The notes under the pieces: model-generated | The model's database searches: none | Told to the model about the DNA's origin: nothing | What the model saw: the letters and a program-made list of their open reading frames with translations, nothing else | Assembly (NCBI RefSeq): GCF_001194135.2 | Contig: NC_068988.1 | Coordinates: 13,597,459-13,661,458 of the forward strand | DNA: 64,000 bases | Origin: Octopus bimaculoides | Taxonomy: Eukaryota | Direction of reading: 5' to 3' | In this document: one piece after another, positions 38,676-53,383 of the stretch | Layout: each line of letters begins with the position of its first letter | Position numbering within the stretch: position 1 is the stretch's first letter | Made by a program: the position numbers and the translations under genes

Positions 38676-40685
38676 AAATATATTGGAGATGGAAATAAAA
38701 TAGTCATCACAATTTTCAGACAAAATTTATATACATGGTGATGCTAGACCTGATCAACAGGTGGTGAAAAGTTTGAAATGCATTGAAAACATGGAAAATT
38801 AGGAGTCATACAGGTAGATAACAGGAGTGAGATAATTTGCACTTAATGACTCTAATGGAAAAGATTATTGTACATTATTATTATTATTATTAGAAAAAGT
38901 ATGTTGAGGAAAAAAAAAAGATTATGATGATTTAGAAGATTCTAACAGAACTAACATGTTTAAGTAAATAAATTATACACAGAATAGGATTTTTCATGAC
39001 TAGCATTCCAGAATATGTATATGAGATTATATACTGAAGATGTCGGTGTTGATTGATGCAAGAAAAAAGTAAAAAAACAAACAAAAAAACACTACATAGC
39101 AGGTGAAAAATATGTGGTTAAAAGTAATAACTTATGATAATTCAAAACTGTCAATTCCAGGGGTATAGTTTATTTGACACTGACAAAGAGTGATAAATAT
39201 CTTGTAAAGGCAAATTCCATTTCATGATGCTGCTAAATATTGGATCAATATAAATAATAAAGGTAATAAAGTGATAAAAGCTAGGGAGAGATATCTATTA
39301 ACTGTTATTCATCTGAATATTTAAAGCTTTAATTGTAACATTCAAGATACAAATAAGCTAATAAAATTACTTTCATTGCAGGGAGGCTCTAATGGTAAAT
39401 TTTTGGTTATTTACCAATGTTTTTTAACCATATATTTTTTTTAGCTGTTTAAATATCTGTGTACAGTGCACTGAAGAAAGTAACACAATAACCATCCAGG
39501 GAATTAGATTTAAAAAAAACATAGGAAAATACAGAAATCCTTAAACAAAATTTATTCGGTGTTCAATAAACAGGCAACAGGCAATGAATGATAGATGAAA
39601 CTTTACAACAAAAACAACCTCATGCAGTGACATCAATAATTCACTGAACAGTGGCTTCACACTACACAGAGCACAGCTAATGGTTGGTGAACATTTAAAC
39701 AAAATGTGTCAAATACAGAGAGAATATGATAGAGCCAATTTTTCAGAATGTTTCAAAATGAGTGAAGCATACGCACACAAAATGTAGACAACACAATGAA
39801 CTGCTTTTGTACAATTTGAATTGAAGAATAAAAGGTAAGATAAAACCAATTAGAAAAGTTACATTTTAACACCCTAGACTGTTCTTTCTGGTTTGGCACT
39901 TTTTCTGAGGCTCTTTTACAGGAAAAGGTTATGATGAGAAGGTTACAGCTATAAAGAGAGGATTATGAATTATAAATGTTAATAAAATGAGTGAATTGAA
40001 AAGTGCAAGTGTGTAATAATTGATCAAGTTGCTCAGAGTGACTCCATGTTTTAAATGTTGAAATTGAATCTTGAACAACAAGGCTGATGAGGGGAATTCC
40101 ATATTAGTTTTCAATTCTTTGATAATTGTTGCTGTCTATGTCTTTTAACGTATTAATAACTATAGCACACACAGTCTTAATATTCATCATAAATTAGCTT
40201 TTTGTACTGTGACACATGATCTCCCTTCTCCTCACTATCCTTCTGCCTTTCATCTTTTCACATACTCTGCTCTTATCATTGTTGTATCCATATGATTATC
40301 ACTGTTTTTTTTTTGTGAAATCCGAACAAGCCACATACTTTTTCTCCCCCAACTCCTTTCAGCTGATATTTCTGAAAGCCAATTTTCCTTTCTATTTCCT
40401 TTGCACTAGTCCTCTTGCTGATGGGTTTTTTCTAAATCATGAGATGCTATTCTCTTTGTGTTAAGTTATAAGACTTGTATTTTTCATCTTCTGCCTTCTA
40501 CCTTAGTGATTTTTGCCAGATGAATAATCTTGTGTTTTAATGGACCAAAATTACTATTACTCCTATGGTAATATGGCCAACGAAGAGTATTTTTACATCT
40601 GCTTGTTTTCTATTCCTTGTTAATAATTATTTATGTCCTTTCACTTAAATGCATATGCAAGTGTAAATGAATGTCCATTGATTTT

Positions 40686-40775
40686 TAATTAGCATGTGAG
40701 TAGCTGAGAATTCCACAGACATGTGCTTTCTTTATGTAATACTCAAGCAGAATGAGCGTAACACTGTGACAAGGT
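40686..40775 (-). mobile_element. CR1/L2-like 3' end fragment
   Basis: Reverse-complement homologue of about 18620-18710 (gtgagtagctgagaattccacagacatgtg...gtgtgacaagg). Confidence 0.6.
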
Positions 40776-41098
40776 TGAGTTTTTGAATTACAAGTACAAT
40801 CCATCCAACAAGTTTCTGTCTATCTAATTTCCCTCACAAGGTTTAGGTTAGATATTTGCCCGAGATGTTGTGCAATCAGATTTCATGTGATACTTCCCAA
40901 CCGTTTTTATCATGCAACATCCAAATGTGAATGTGTGTGTGAGGTGGTACAGGTAGGAAAAGTGCCTTGCAACATTTAATAACATCTGTATTCCAAATCT
41001 TATTGAAAGCATCTCTGCCTTCCTTCGTCCCTTCAATGTCAATTCTTTTATACCTTTGAAGGTGGTGACCAATGCAGCCACAGTCTAATAGCTGAAAT

Positions 41099-41126
41099 CT
41101 CTCTCTCTCTCTCTCTCTCACTCTCA

Positions 41127-41160
<34 letters not shown>
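41099..41160. repeat. Compound (CT)n(CA)n microsatellite
   Basis: Direct reading. Confidence 0.95.
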
Positions 41161-41161
<1 letters not shown>

Positions 41162-42117
41162 CACAGCTATTTATGCTTATTAATCAACAGGACAGGAGCT
41201 ACGTCTTTCTCTCATGGGTTCAAAAATGAGATCTTGGAACTCTCACTACAGCTCTTAGTTTATTTAATGCATCCAGTACTCAGCCATTGTTAGAATCTTC
41301 TAACATGTTATTCAATAATAATTTCCTTGATACATGAATTGTATAGGGATGCCTTTCAAGCTGTTCAAAACCTGCTGCTCCTGTAGTTTCCTTATGCTAA
41401 TTTGTATATATTATATAAGATATGGTACTATATCTTTATATGATCCATTTATGTAGCCATATTTACATTATTTTTGAATCAAAGGAAAAAAAAAAGTTGT
41501 ATAAGTGTTCAAAGAGGATGGAAGTTCCCTCACTGTGCTAGAACTGAGTATATTTGGTTATATGCATAAGCACTTGAGACACTGGAGTTGAGTTGACTCA
41601 TTTTTGATAGTGGGATACTTTCTGGAGTTTTCCACATTACATATGATGTAATATGCACATTTTATTCTTATTGACTAATTGAAAGAGGTTAAGAGAACTG
41701 ATTTGCATATAATTAGCAGGTTACATCATCTGAAAAAATTTAATCAGCACAGGGACAGCTAAGGTATTTAGGAGATGTCATTTAAAAAACATAATTTTTT
41801 TCCTATAAAAGGGGAAATACTTAAGGTATGCATAAAATGTATGATGCTATATAGCAGTAAAACATGGAATTGGGAGCAGGAAATTAACAAGAGTTGTCAA
41901 GAATGTATGATGTTCATTTTTGAAACAGGTTTCACAGTAAATTGAGAAAGGAAATGAGAAAAAAAATGAAATGTAATGTGGGTATGTGTGATATATATGT
42001 ATAAAATTAATATTGACAGCTGTGTGCAATATGTTACCAAAAAGGAAAGCTAAAATTGTCACTAAATATGACTAGGGTGTTAGAACACCTACATTGCAAG
42101 AAATAAGATCTAAAAAG

Positions 42118-42151
<34 letters not shown>

Positions 42152-42310
42152 ACGCATAATGATAGCTGAATAAAAAAGCAGGAGGAGCTTGCAGAAGGGG
42201 AAGACAAAGAGGGATCAAATAATGAGGTTTGATCTCAAGACACTAGCAGAACATGTAATACCAATAGGGTACACTAAAAAACAAAATAATAAATAAAAAT
42301 AATGATAATA

Positions 42311-42757
42311 ATAATCCTTACTGCTATAGACACAAGGTCTGAGATTTTCGCGGTGGGGACTAATTGATTACATTGACCCCAGTGTTTCACTGGTACTTAA
42401 TCTATTGACCCTGAAGGATGAAAGGTAAAGTCAACCTCGGCAGTATTTGGACTCAGGATGTAAAGACAGACAAAATGCTGCTAAGAATTTTTCCCAGCAT
42501 GCTAACGATTCTGCCAGCTCACCGCCTTGAAGTAATCATAATCCTTTTTGCTTATAGCACAAGGCCTGAAATTTGGGGGGAGGGGTTAAGTCGATTACAT
42601 CAACCTCAGTACTCAACTGGTACTTAATTTATCAACCCTGAAAGGACAAAAGGCAAAGTCAACCTCGGCAGAATTTGAACTCAGAACATAGTGACAGAAA
42701 AAATACCACTAAGTATTTCATCCAATGCTATAATGACTCTGCCAGCTTGCAGCCTTA
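42311..42757 (-). mobile_element. Head-to-tail pair of SINE family A copies (about 42311-42528 and 42536-42757)
   Basis: Two consecutive full-length homologues of 58196-58423, followed by (AGT)n(AAT)n. Confidence 0.85.
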
Positions 42758-43838
42758 GCAGTAGTAGTAGTAGTAGTAGTAGTAGTAATAGTAGTAGTAG
42801 TAATAATAATAATAATAATAATGCTTTATGATTTGAATTAAAATATATAATATAACTATGAAAAGGATGATAAAAAAAAAAGATGTATGTTATCCTTTAC
42901 ATTAAACCTGCCACTAAATAATCATGTTCAAATCATCCTGTAGTCATTGTACCCTAGAACTACCAGTAAATATTTTTCAACTCTTACAGCCTGCTATTTA
43001 TCAACTGAATTCTTCCTACATCAATTATGCAATCTAAGATTATAGAAATATTGCTTCTCATATTAATTAATCTTTAAAACAATTCTTTAAAATTAGCAGA
43101 AAATATAGAAACAAAACAGATTTCTCATTAACATTGGTGATTTTAGTAGGAAATTGTCATTTGTTGTTTGTGCAAATATATGTCTATGTCTGTAAATGTA
43201 TTCATAATGAATAATTATGAATGCATTATTTACATTGATTTAGGAATGTGTTTATATATTTATAATGATTGAGAATATAATTAGCTTTAAGAGTATATTT
43301 TCTATTTAATTAGGTAGGCAGTTAATTTATGGTTAAATATACTATCAATGAAATTATGTGTTAACACTTCTTACATAACAACTGAAGCTCAAATAATACA
43401 ATATTTATCATTTGTTCAAAATTATAGTAATTAATTACAGAGAGATATAGTTATAAAATGATATTTAAAGAAACAGATAAATTTGTAGGATTAAAAACAC
43501 AGACAGACAGAAAATTCAATCTCATAAGATGAATGGAAATATAACCAATAAACCTGCCAATATATTGACCTGCTAAAATTGATTAAATAAATGACAATGT
43601 TTGTGAAACAAGAATTTCTGAATCAAGAATCTCAAATATGCAACTTGAATGTTCAATTTCACCAATAAAATTCCAGAAATTTCTGAAGAAATAAAGCTTC
43701 AAAACAATGAGAGTTATTCAATACTTGAGCAAATAAATCTAATGATATTAAACATTGAAAATTATAAGATAATGAAGTGGTTGTGGATTGTTATAATTAA
43801 TCAGTAATGTGTATACAAACACACATACACCCATCCTA

Positions 43839-43880
<42 letters not shown>

Positions 43881-44058
43881 GATTTCAAATTTTGGCACAA
43901 GGCCAGCAATTTCGAGGGACCCCAATGCTCAGCTGGTACTTATTTTATTGACCTCTGTAAGGATGAAAAGCAAAGTCAACCTTGACGGAATTTGACAGAT
44001 GAAATGACACTAAGCATTTTGCCTGGTGTGCTAACAGTTTTGCCAGCTCACCATCTCT
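43881..44058 (-). mobile_element. SINE family A copy with internal deletions
   Basis: gctggtacttattttattgacc...ggatgaaaagcaaagtcaacc...gccagctcacc. Confidence 0.75.
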
Positions 44059-45173
44059 AAGCCAGCTATAATTTGATAACACTGTAACTCAGCTCCATAC
44101 AACTCAAAGTGTTGTAGGTTCATAGAGCAAGTGTATCATATTAGGTACCTACAAGCCTATGAAATATTAAATCATATGGAGCTCAATCAAACTATTATTA
44201 AATAATATACATAACTCCTACTAAATGTGTTGTGCTACTTTCGTTTATCCACTCACTGGTATATATAAGTATATAACACACATACACACACACAAATACA
44301 CATTTTAAATTACTAAAAATAAAAATGAATATTTCATTGAAGCAATGAAGCCTAATGAATTTGAACACAACAATTTAAAATAATATATTTACAACTTTTA
44401 CATATGCATTTCTATGCAGGCATGAGTTGGATAGACCTATTTCAATTCAGTATTTTGCAACTTGTTGCAGTTGTTTGTGAAGTCTATCACCCTGATACCA
44501 AACCTCACCCCACAAACTTCATCCTGTCTTCTTTAGTCTTCAACTTACATGTTCCTTCTGCTGGAATTGTTAAATACTTTTCAGTTACTATTACTGCTTA
44601 TATGCATTCCATACGAGCAGTCTCTTCCCTTGCACACTATAGCTGATAACTTTGATGATCAGTTTTACTTTCAGCAACCTAAGCATTGTCATTCATACAT
44701 GCTGACATTACACACCCAGAAGAACATGCCTTATTTTTTAATATCTTTCACATCCAGTGTCCATATCTGATAACCATGTGGTATTACACTTTTTATACAA
44801 GCATCATACAATCAAACCTTCACTTAGAGAAAGAAGCCCTGGTAATAATTTCCTGAATCCCACTTCCCCTCAAAAACTGACCCTTACTCTGGCTACTATG
44901 CTTTCATCACAACCACCTTCACTACTAATAAGGTCCTCTAGTTAACAGAAACTATCAACTAACTACTAGCAAACCATCTCAGTAATTAACAAAATTTGTG
45001 AATGGAAATATGTATATGCATTTATGAATAGATAAGCATATAACAGCATAAATGTGTTTAAGTAACAATGTATAAACATATATAAAAATAATAGTTTATT
45101 TACTAGCAAACAAATTTGTCATTTTCAATCTAAAAATAAAGTACTAATGTAAAAATGATTGTTAATCATTAAA

Positions 45174-45398
45174 TTAAGCCTTTAGCATGTAAACCGGCCA
45201 TATCCAGCAAAAAAATTTTACTTATTTTGTTAAAACTGGCCAGATCTGATCTCTCACATCTACCCTACAATATCATTCTAAACATATACAATCACGTCAT
45301 TGAAATCTCAAAGCCACAAGATAATGCATGATTAACTGAAACCAATGTGTATAAATGAGCATTACATTTGACAGACTAAACTGAATTCTAAAGATTAA
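45174..45398. mobile_element. piggyBac-type MITE, family D (opposite orientation to 33774)
   Basis: Ends TTAAGCCTTTAGCATG and AATTCTAAAGATTAA; interior is a reverse-complement homologue of 33774-33996. Confidence 0.8.
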
Positions 45399-46940
45399 AG
45401 AAGTCAAAATCAGAAAAATTCAAGTTTGCATTTAATTACATTCTCTTCAAAACCTGTTCCTTTAGAATTGTCAGTATTGAACATCTGGCTACACTTTAGC
45501 CAATCAGTTTAGATTGAACTAATCAACTTAGATGGTGCTATAAATCAAAAATTAGACAGCAAGAAGTCAACAAACTACAAATTACAAGATTTCAGTAAAT
45601 GACAATCATCATTACCGATTCTGTTTTTCCTGCTTTGTATAACTTTTTACACCTAACTTGTTGCTACAGTTATAAATCAGTCTAATACACTATTAATTAA
45701 TTAATTAAAATGAATTAAAATTATACCAATAAAAACTTAATTACAAAATCTTAAAATAAAACAAGATTAAAAATATATAAAACCACAAAAATTTGGCAAA
45801 GCATTTATTTATTCCATTTCTAATGGTGTCAAATCTTTTCAAAAATATATCAGTTAAATTGTGCTTCGATTTTAACAAGTTATGGCTCTTAAATGCTAGA
45901 AAGCACTGAATGCAGAAAATGGAATAATTCCAAATATGTAAAGAAAAATCTATAATAGATTATTTGAACTTCCCAAAAAGCTTGCATTTAGTGATAGCTG
46001 TGATACAAGATCTCAAAATGGCAACATTTAACAGGTAATCTGCTTATAGACTATTCATATTGAGAAAAGTTTAACTGTTAAAATAACAAGTGACTGTGAC
46101 TAAACTTTCTTTTCCTATGTAGCATAAAATTGTAAACGAGCCTTCAGTTACCTTTGGCTTATGAATATTGTGTCCTTGTCTATAACTCTGTATTACTAGA
46201 AATAATTTCTAATAGCTATACTATAAGAGAAAAAAGGAAAAGGTTTTACAGCCATAGTTCAGTGGATGCTGTTAATAAAGATACAAATGAGACTACTTTC
46301 ACTATTTCTTCTCCCATAACATTGAGACTTTGTGTCAATATAATAAATCCTAATAAATGAAGGTTAATGAACAACTCATTGTGATCACTTGTATAAAGTA
46401 TGACACCAGTTTAATTAATATAGACTGAAATACATTCGCCCAAAAGTGCACCTAAATGTATGTCAGTGACCTAGCTTATAACATCAACACTACATAATAT
46501 AAGATTATACTTCTTTTAATACAGTGTCAATTTTGGAAATTCCAACAATATGATTATATTTGTTTCTATACCTTTTTTTCTTTTTTCCTTTTTTGCTTTT
46601 TGTTTCAAATAAAACAGTACAAGTGAGTGGCTTAAATAACAAGATGAAAAAAAGTAACAAAAAAAAAAAACCAAATAAATGGATTAAGCAATAGGTGATT
46701 TGATCTGAAAATAGGAAAATGGATTAGAGCTAAGTGTATTTAGTTAAGTTCAATAGCATACCTTGTGTTTTACAAACAAGCAAGATAAGTAATACATTGA
46801 ACAGTGGATAGCCTTATTAAGTATAGAAATAATGATAATAGTGAGAGGAGTATGTAAAGTAAAAATGCAATAATTCAGAGCTGTTAGAAAAAAAAAAAAA
46901 GTTATAGCCAGCATATGCTGACTGAGAAACATTGCAACCT

Positions 46941-46950
46941 NNNNNNNNNN
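46941..46950. other. Assembly gap (10 N) with a duplicated 31-bp overlap
   Basis: agcatatgctgactgagaaacattgcaacct occurs identically at 46910-46940 and 46951-46981. Confidence 0.95.
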
Positions 46951-47282
46951 AGCATATGCTGACTGAGAAACATTGCAACCTTACTTCCACTATCATCATC
47001 ATCATCATCATCATCATCGTCATAGTGTGTAGCTAGTTTACTCAGTGCAATGTACAGTTTACGCTATATTTGACATTTCTGAAAATAACCATACCGAACT
47101 GAACAAATTGGTGGCATTCATTCTTTTCTCAAGGACATGAATAACACAAATAAAATTAAACAAATTCAGTTGAGAATCAAAAATGGGTCATGGATTCAGG
47201 TTATTAAGAACGTGTTTCTTACAGCATTCCATGCACAGCTTTGATGGATGTTAAATACTACGTTTTCCAATCAATTCAACAT

Positions 47283-47460
47283 ACATGTGCACGGGTATGG
47301 CTGTGTGGTTAAGAAAATTGTTTCTCAATCATGTAGTTTCTGTTTCAATACTGCACAGAAGTTTGGTCAAATATCCTCTTATGTAACCTTGGGCTGACCA
47401 ATACTTTTTAAATGGATTTGGTAGAGACAAACTCTGCAGAAGTTTGTCATACACAAGATG
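47283..47460 (+). mobile_element. SINE family B head plus core
   Basis: gtatggctgtgtggttaag ... ccttgggctgaccaata ... ggatttggtagagacaaact. Confidence 0.75.
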
Positions 47461-48439
47461 GTAACTAGACAGAGACAAACAGAAATGCAGATGTCTATCA
47501 GCACTGCATACTGCAAAGAATAAAATCATTGGCCTGATAAAGCATTATCCAGTTGTCTTTCAAAAGTCTCTGGTGATATTTGTTCTGGCTTGAGTTACAG
47601 ACACTCCCTTATCACTCACACCATCAGAAATGTAATGAACTTGTGATTGGCACATTGGAAACCTGTAATGAATGCTGCCATCATTTACCAATTATAATAT
47701 AAAAATAAAATACAGGTTGAAATTATGTTATAACTTTATATTTTAGGATATTTGCCATTTATTTGTTATTTTATAGATCTTCAGAATTTTGTTTCATACA
47801 ACATAATTGCAACGTAATATCTAGATTCAAAACTATAACAAATATTAAATAAATTATATTTTTATAACATACTTTAATGTTTCATGTGCCTGAAAAGCTG
47901 TTAATTAAGTAGCAATTTAATTAATATGATGAGAATCAAGAATTAATCACAAAATCTTATTTTCACACATCTCACAAGATTTGCATAGTCACTTTATAGT
48001 TTCAATTTTTCTTTATCCATTCATTTATTTTCCCTGAGAGAGTAATTTTAAAAACTTTTTAAAAGTGCTGAGCTAAAGCATATCAGAATTAAAAGAGTAA
48101 AAAAAAAAGAAATGTCCCTTTTATCAGTTATGATAAAATTAAAAAACTTTCTAATTTCAATCCAAAAATACAAAACATTTTATACTTGAAATTTAGAGTA
48201 GAGTGTGTGTAAGTGAGAGAGAGTGACAGGAACTTCTGGGGGCGAAATCTAGGCACTCCAACCAGAATGAAATCTGTTATGAAGTTTCTTAGAATGTTAT
48301 TCAAAGAGTTGTTTATAATGAACTGTTTCAGTAAATATTTGTACATATACACACATACACACTCTATAAAGTGACTAATGCTAAGAAAGGTATCCAGACA
48401 TAGAAATCAAGCCAAAGTAGATATTTGAGTTTAGTGCAG

Positions 48440-48530
48440 CCCTTGCTTACCATCCTGTTGAACCATCTAACCCATGCCAGCATGGAAAATGAATGTTAAA
48501 TGGTGGTGGTAGTGGTAATGATGATTATAT
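48440..48530 (+). mobile_element. RTE-type 3' tail fragment
   Basis: ccatctaacccatgccagcatggaaaatgaatgttaaatggtggtgg. Confidence 0.7.
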
Positions 48531-49174
48531 ATCAACAGATATATGTAGATGGATTGATAATTGGCCCTTAGAAGCCTTCTAAATACATATCATTAGGATC
48601 AGTGCTGTATTAATGTATGCTGATATTTTATGTTGTAAATATAAATCTATAATCTTTCTCAACACTTTATGATTTAAAGTAATGAGAAAAAAAATCTGAT
48701 CACTTAATACAGAAAATCCTGCGAAAGTATATGACCACAAGCTTATTTTGATTGTAATGCTATTGACTGAGTGAAATTTTTTAAGTGAAATACACCACAG
48801 ATTTTGGCTGTCCTTTTTTATATGAAAACACTGTAATACCTACAAATACATTAAGTAATGAAAACCAACAGAATCATTTTAAGATGAAATCCATTCTGTC
48901 ATTTCTTCTAAAATGAAATCTAATGTAAATTGCATGCTAGGCATAACCTTTCAAACAATCTCTCAGGAATTCTGGATAACCAACAAAATGTAAACTGCAT
49001 TAAAAAAAACATTGTTTTCTCTGTGCAGTCAAAGTACTTTAAACATATATAAATGCTTTATAAGAAACCTAAAAGTCTAGCAATGGGATGCTGCACATAT
49101 ATTTGAAATAGTGCATGCACCATGTTAAATCAATACAAAAGACTATGAACTATCAAAAGAAGCCTCTAAATAGT

Positions 49175-49355
49175 CAATAACTTGCTAAAAATAGTAGCCA
49201 AATTCCCTTCATAATACATTCTTAAAAATGGAAAGACATGATATAGTCATAGTATATCTGGAAAGAGAGAAAAAAAATTGGAATGGCCACAGCTGAAATG
49301 CTTTTGATCATAGATCTGTTCAATCACAACTGATCTAGAGCTACACAACACAAGA
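49175..49355. mobile_element. Repeat family F fragment
   Basis: aaatagtagccaaattccct ... gaaatgcttttgatcatag. Confidence 0.5.
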
Positions 49356-50224
49356 ATCTACTTCTAGAAATAGCCATCCTAACATTCTCTTATAATAGGT
49401 CAACATATCCTCCTCTCTTTGCTCAACTTATGATAGCAGTTATGCTAAAGTGAACTACTCCCACTACAGTTTAAACTCATGTAATGCATATAATATACCT
49501 AGAAAACAATTGGTCAAGTCTGTCATTTCCAAAACTACAGATATACGTCTTTCTTGTCCATTCTAATTATCAAATGAAAACCAAGTTAACTACACTGTCT
49601 TCACTTGGCCACACTGGATTCAGTCTATGAAAGTCTAAAATAATAATAACTGTTCTTCTTTAGGTTAACAAATAAAAATTTAATGATCGAGTTATTAATG
49701 TCATAACAAAATATTTTCATATCAAAATTTGCAAAATATTTTTGTATTCATATAAAACAGATTTTAAAATGTTTTATAGTTAGCAAAACTTAATGTTTAT
49801 ATTTTATACTAAAATATTAAGTAATAACTGTAATCTTCTTTTCCAGAGATAATTAAAGTTATAGTTCTTGTAATAAATTTATGGTTACTCATGTTAATGC
49901 ATAAAAAGTTTCAAGTTTGATTTGTTTTAATGTAAACAGTAATTCTGATAAAAAGTTTGCAATATGTGAAGATTCTTTTTAATGAGAGTTATTTCTTCAT
50001 ATTTTCCATAAATGATAAAAAGAATGTGCAAAGATAAAGAAGCTTTAGCTTGGTTTAGACAGTGGCCTGTAAACACCTCAATGTGTATCATTCAAATGTG
50101 AGCAGTCATGTAGCTCGAATATATCAAGAACCTGCTCTGCAAACCCCCTTATCTCATACTTTAACCCCTCATCTCCTATCATAAAGCTGATTCCATCCCT
50201 CCTCAGGGTTTATAGTCTTGCAAG

Positions 50225-50435
50225 CTACATTGTGACCACACTAGTGTTGGTGACATGGAAAAAGTAACCAGTACATGCAGTGAAGTGATTGGCTTTAGAA
50301 AAAGCATCTGGCCAAAGAAACCATATCAAAGCAAACACTGAAACACACTGCAGTCTTTGGAACCATCAGATCCTGTCAGACCATCCAACCCATGCCAGCA
50401 TGGAACATGGATGTTAAATGATGATGATGATAATA
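50225..50435 (+). mobile_element. RTE-type 3' tail repeat
   Basis: gtgaagtgattggc ... catccaacccatgccagcatggaacatggatgttaaatgatgatgatg. Confidence 0.75.
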
Positions 50436-50576
50436 TTAAACAAACCAAGTTTTAGCAAATTTTTCCAAACAGTGTGCCAATGTCAAGATGTGAACCTGTA
50501 AGCTTAATTTTCCATACTATGCAATAATCTTTTCATATCTTTCTTTCAATCATATAGCTATTCTTTATATCAGAGA

Positions 50577-51020
50577 TTAACCCCTTGTTACTATATTTCT
50601 GTTGGAATCATTGATTCAATTAATTTTGAAAATAATGAATTTAGTAAAATAATTTTATCATTGTTAAGCTGGCATTTGCAGCATAAATTAACATTAGATT
50701 TTGATGGAAGGTTTTCATTTTGATCACTTTAACCTTTAAGCATTTAAACTAGCTATATCTGGCTCAAACATTCTACTTGTTTTATGTTTAAACTGATTAG
50801 TTCTTACCTCTTACACCTACCCTACAGTGTCATTTTAAAAATAAATAATTACATCATCAAAATCTCCAAAACTATGAGACAATGGATGATTAATTCAAAA
50901 CAGTGTTAGTAAATATGCTTTACATTTGATAGAGTAGTTTGAATGCTAAAGGGTTAAGACAGTAAGTTTATATAATAGAACCACAGGCAGTCTCAATTAG
51001 GTTGGTATAAAGAGTGTTAA
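50577..51020. mobile_element. piggyBac-type MITE family E, interrupted by a family D MITE
   Basis: Starts TTAACCCCTTGTTAC and ends GGTATAAAGAGTGTTAA; the flanking parts are homologous to 14512-14735 in reverse. Confidence 0.75.
50729..50957. mobile_element. piggyBac-type MITE family D, nested at a TTAA
   Basis: TTAA-CCTTTAAGCATT ... AATGCTAAAGGG-TTAA; interior homologous to the 45174 and 53827 copies. Confidence 0.85.
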
Positions 51021-52489
51021 ATATGAAAACAATGATAGCAACAACATGGATTTTCAAAATATAGATTTCCAGCTAAAGTGAAACTACTTTTCTAGACTAC
51101 TTCAATAAGTAAAGCCTTTCAACAAAATTCATACAAACTTATCTAAATTTATGGGCTTTACATAATTTTGTATCTGCAGAAAATCAGTTAACTTATGACT
51201 TATGAACTTCCATATGTATTACAATATGTAACCATAGAATAAATATAAAATTTAGATGAAACAGCCCTTGCCATATCAATCAATACATAGTCAAAACAAT
51301 GGGAAGATGAAAATGAGCAGAAAATGTTATCAGTTATAAAATTAAATAAAAATAAATTTTGAATAATAATATCTTATTTTTGTTATCAAAATGTTATATT
51401 AGATGTAAATAGAAAATATTTTTGGCTCACAGAATTTCATATATCTTCTTGGTAAACAAATATTAAGAATTGAAAATAACTTCTTACCTAAAAAAAAAAG
51501 TAAAAAGAAATAAATAAAAATATTATTGATGATTAATTAGTTAAATATAAAACATCAAGATCATATCGATATCTTCAAAATGTGTGCAAAAGAGAAAACA
51601 GTTAAATGAGAAAAATTACATTGTTGATGTAAAAGATAACCTAAACAGGACATGAGAAATGATATATTGTGCATTAGGAACATAAGAGACAGAGCAAGAC
51701 CAGTAACAAGAAAAAAGAAAAAAAACAGTAACATTTTGGTTAAAAAGAAAATCAATATTTAAATACTAAGTGGAGATCATTGCAGTGTAGAGAGAGGTTC
51801 CCTGTGAGAAAATTTGCAACTTGGTTTTAGCTATTTCATAGCTATTTCACATTACAATTAATACAATTGAGAAAAGCATGAGTGACATTATGAGGCCTTG
51901 TACAAAAGTTAAAAACCAATATTTTAATATGAAATACACATTTTAATAAACCTACTGGGTATGTTTTTTACTAATATAATTTTTGTTTTCATTTGGTGGG
52001 TCTGGTGGAAAGGACAGTGCTCATAGGCTTTGCATCCCCTCTCCCTAGTCCAGTGTGATTAATACCACTAATGTCACCTAAAAACAATGCAAGTCAACAC
52101 CTGCAGGAAAGATATAAGTTGGGAGAAAATTCCTGAGGGCAGACATTCTGTTAGTGTAGGGCCTTGTGAGGCTGGATACAAAGGTGATGGGAGGAGGAGA
52201 TACAAGTGAGATGGATATGTCTTAGTAGAAGTAGCATGAGTCTAGCCAGCTCCAAGGAGCAGAGGCCACGATTATATGGTAGGAAAGGCAGACACTGAGG
52301 AGATAGTGAACCTGTGAGTAGTGGCTGGAGCATGTCTGTGAGTTATTCTATGCCAATCAGTCAGATGGACCTTTCTAGAAGTTGTCTAGGATGTTTACAT
52401 GTGCAGTAGCAGCACTAACTCATAGCAATATTCTATGGTAGGCTTCAGTTGAACTTTGAATGAATCTACCAAACAACATGATATTGCAT

Positions 52490-52900
52490 TATCTTGGTCT
52501 CTTATTATCTGTTCCATAAGGCACACTCTCTAGACATCTGGTCTTGCTACTATTTCCCTTTATCTTCCTAGGTTTTTATCTTCCATGAGTACCTTCTATT
52601 GACAGTACATAGCAGTCCTTTATCTAATACGGACAACCCATTTATGAGAAAACTGGTGAGGTTTGGCAAACTGACACCTGGACCCAGAAACAACATTTGG
52701 CTGATTGATCAGCAATTCAAGCAAGTGTCCCCTGCACACTTAGGCTGATAAGTAATGCCCAGCTTCACTCTCCACTTCCTAATGCTCATCATTTCATGGA
52801 GGTTGACATTAAACATCCAATAGGTTTGTCTCACTTTAATCAAGCTTGCACAAATTCTCCACATTCTGACAATATTTTATAACCATGAATCTCTCCTGTT
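52490..52900 (-). mobile_element. Decayed RTE C-terminal fragment
   Basis: Minus strand resembles 'VEGT.GR.KPRK.W.E.V..D' near 52500-52610. Confidence 0.45.
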
Positions 52901-53383
52901 CACTGTATCATGCTGTATATGGGAAGTCATTCAGCCTATATGACCCCCCCCTCTCTCTCTCTGACACTCACCCATGTAACAAGGAATGGCACTTAATTTA
53001 CCTGTATTCACCCCCCACTACCATCATCCAGTACTCAAAACATCCTTTCCAAACTAACAGTCAATATTCCCTCTCCCACCCTATACTACTCCTCCACCCT
53101 GTTCTGATTCTACCATTATGTTCTTTTATTTCTTTCACTCAATCATCCTGGTTTTCTGTCTGAAAGTATTTGTCATGCTAATAAATCTGAGATACATCAA
53201 GGGAAATAAAGTGTAATGTACAAAACCTACTACAGATTAATATAATAACTAAAAGTGGAAGAACATTAATCTGAGGGCAAGAAAGTGTTTAACAAATGTC
53301 AATAGTTGTAGGTTTTTGCTAATATCATACTTGCTTCATACTTCAGTTGTAAAATATCCTGTTAACAATATATCTTTTATCTT

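Noticed and set aside
40876-41127. 83-aa minus-strand ORF with protein-like DAFNKIW
   Set aside because: Starts in a microsatellite and crosses SINE fragments; at most a LINE RT scrap.
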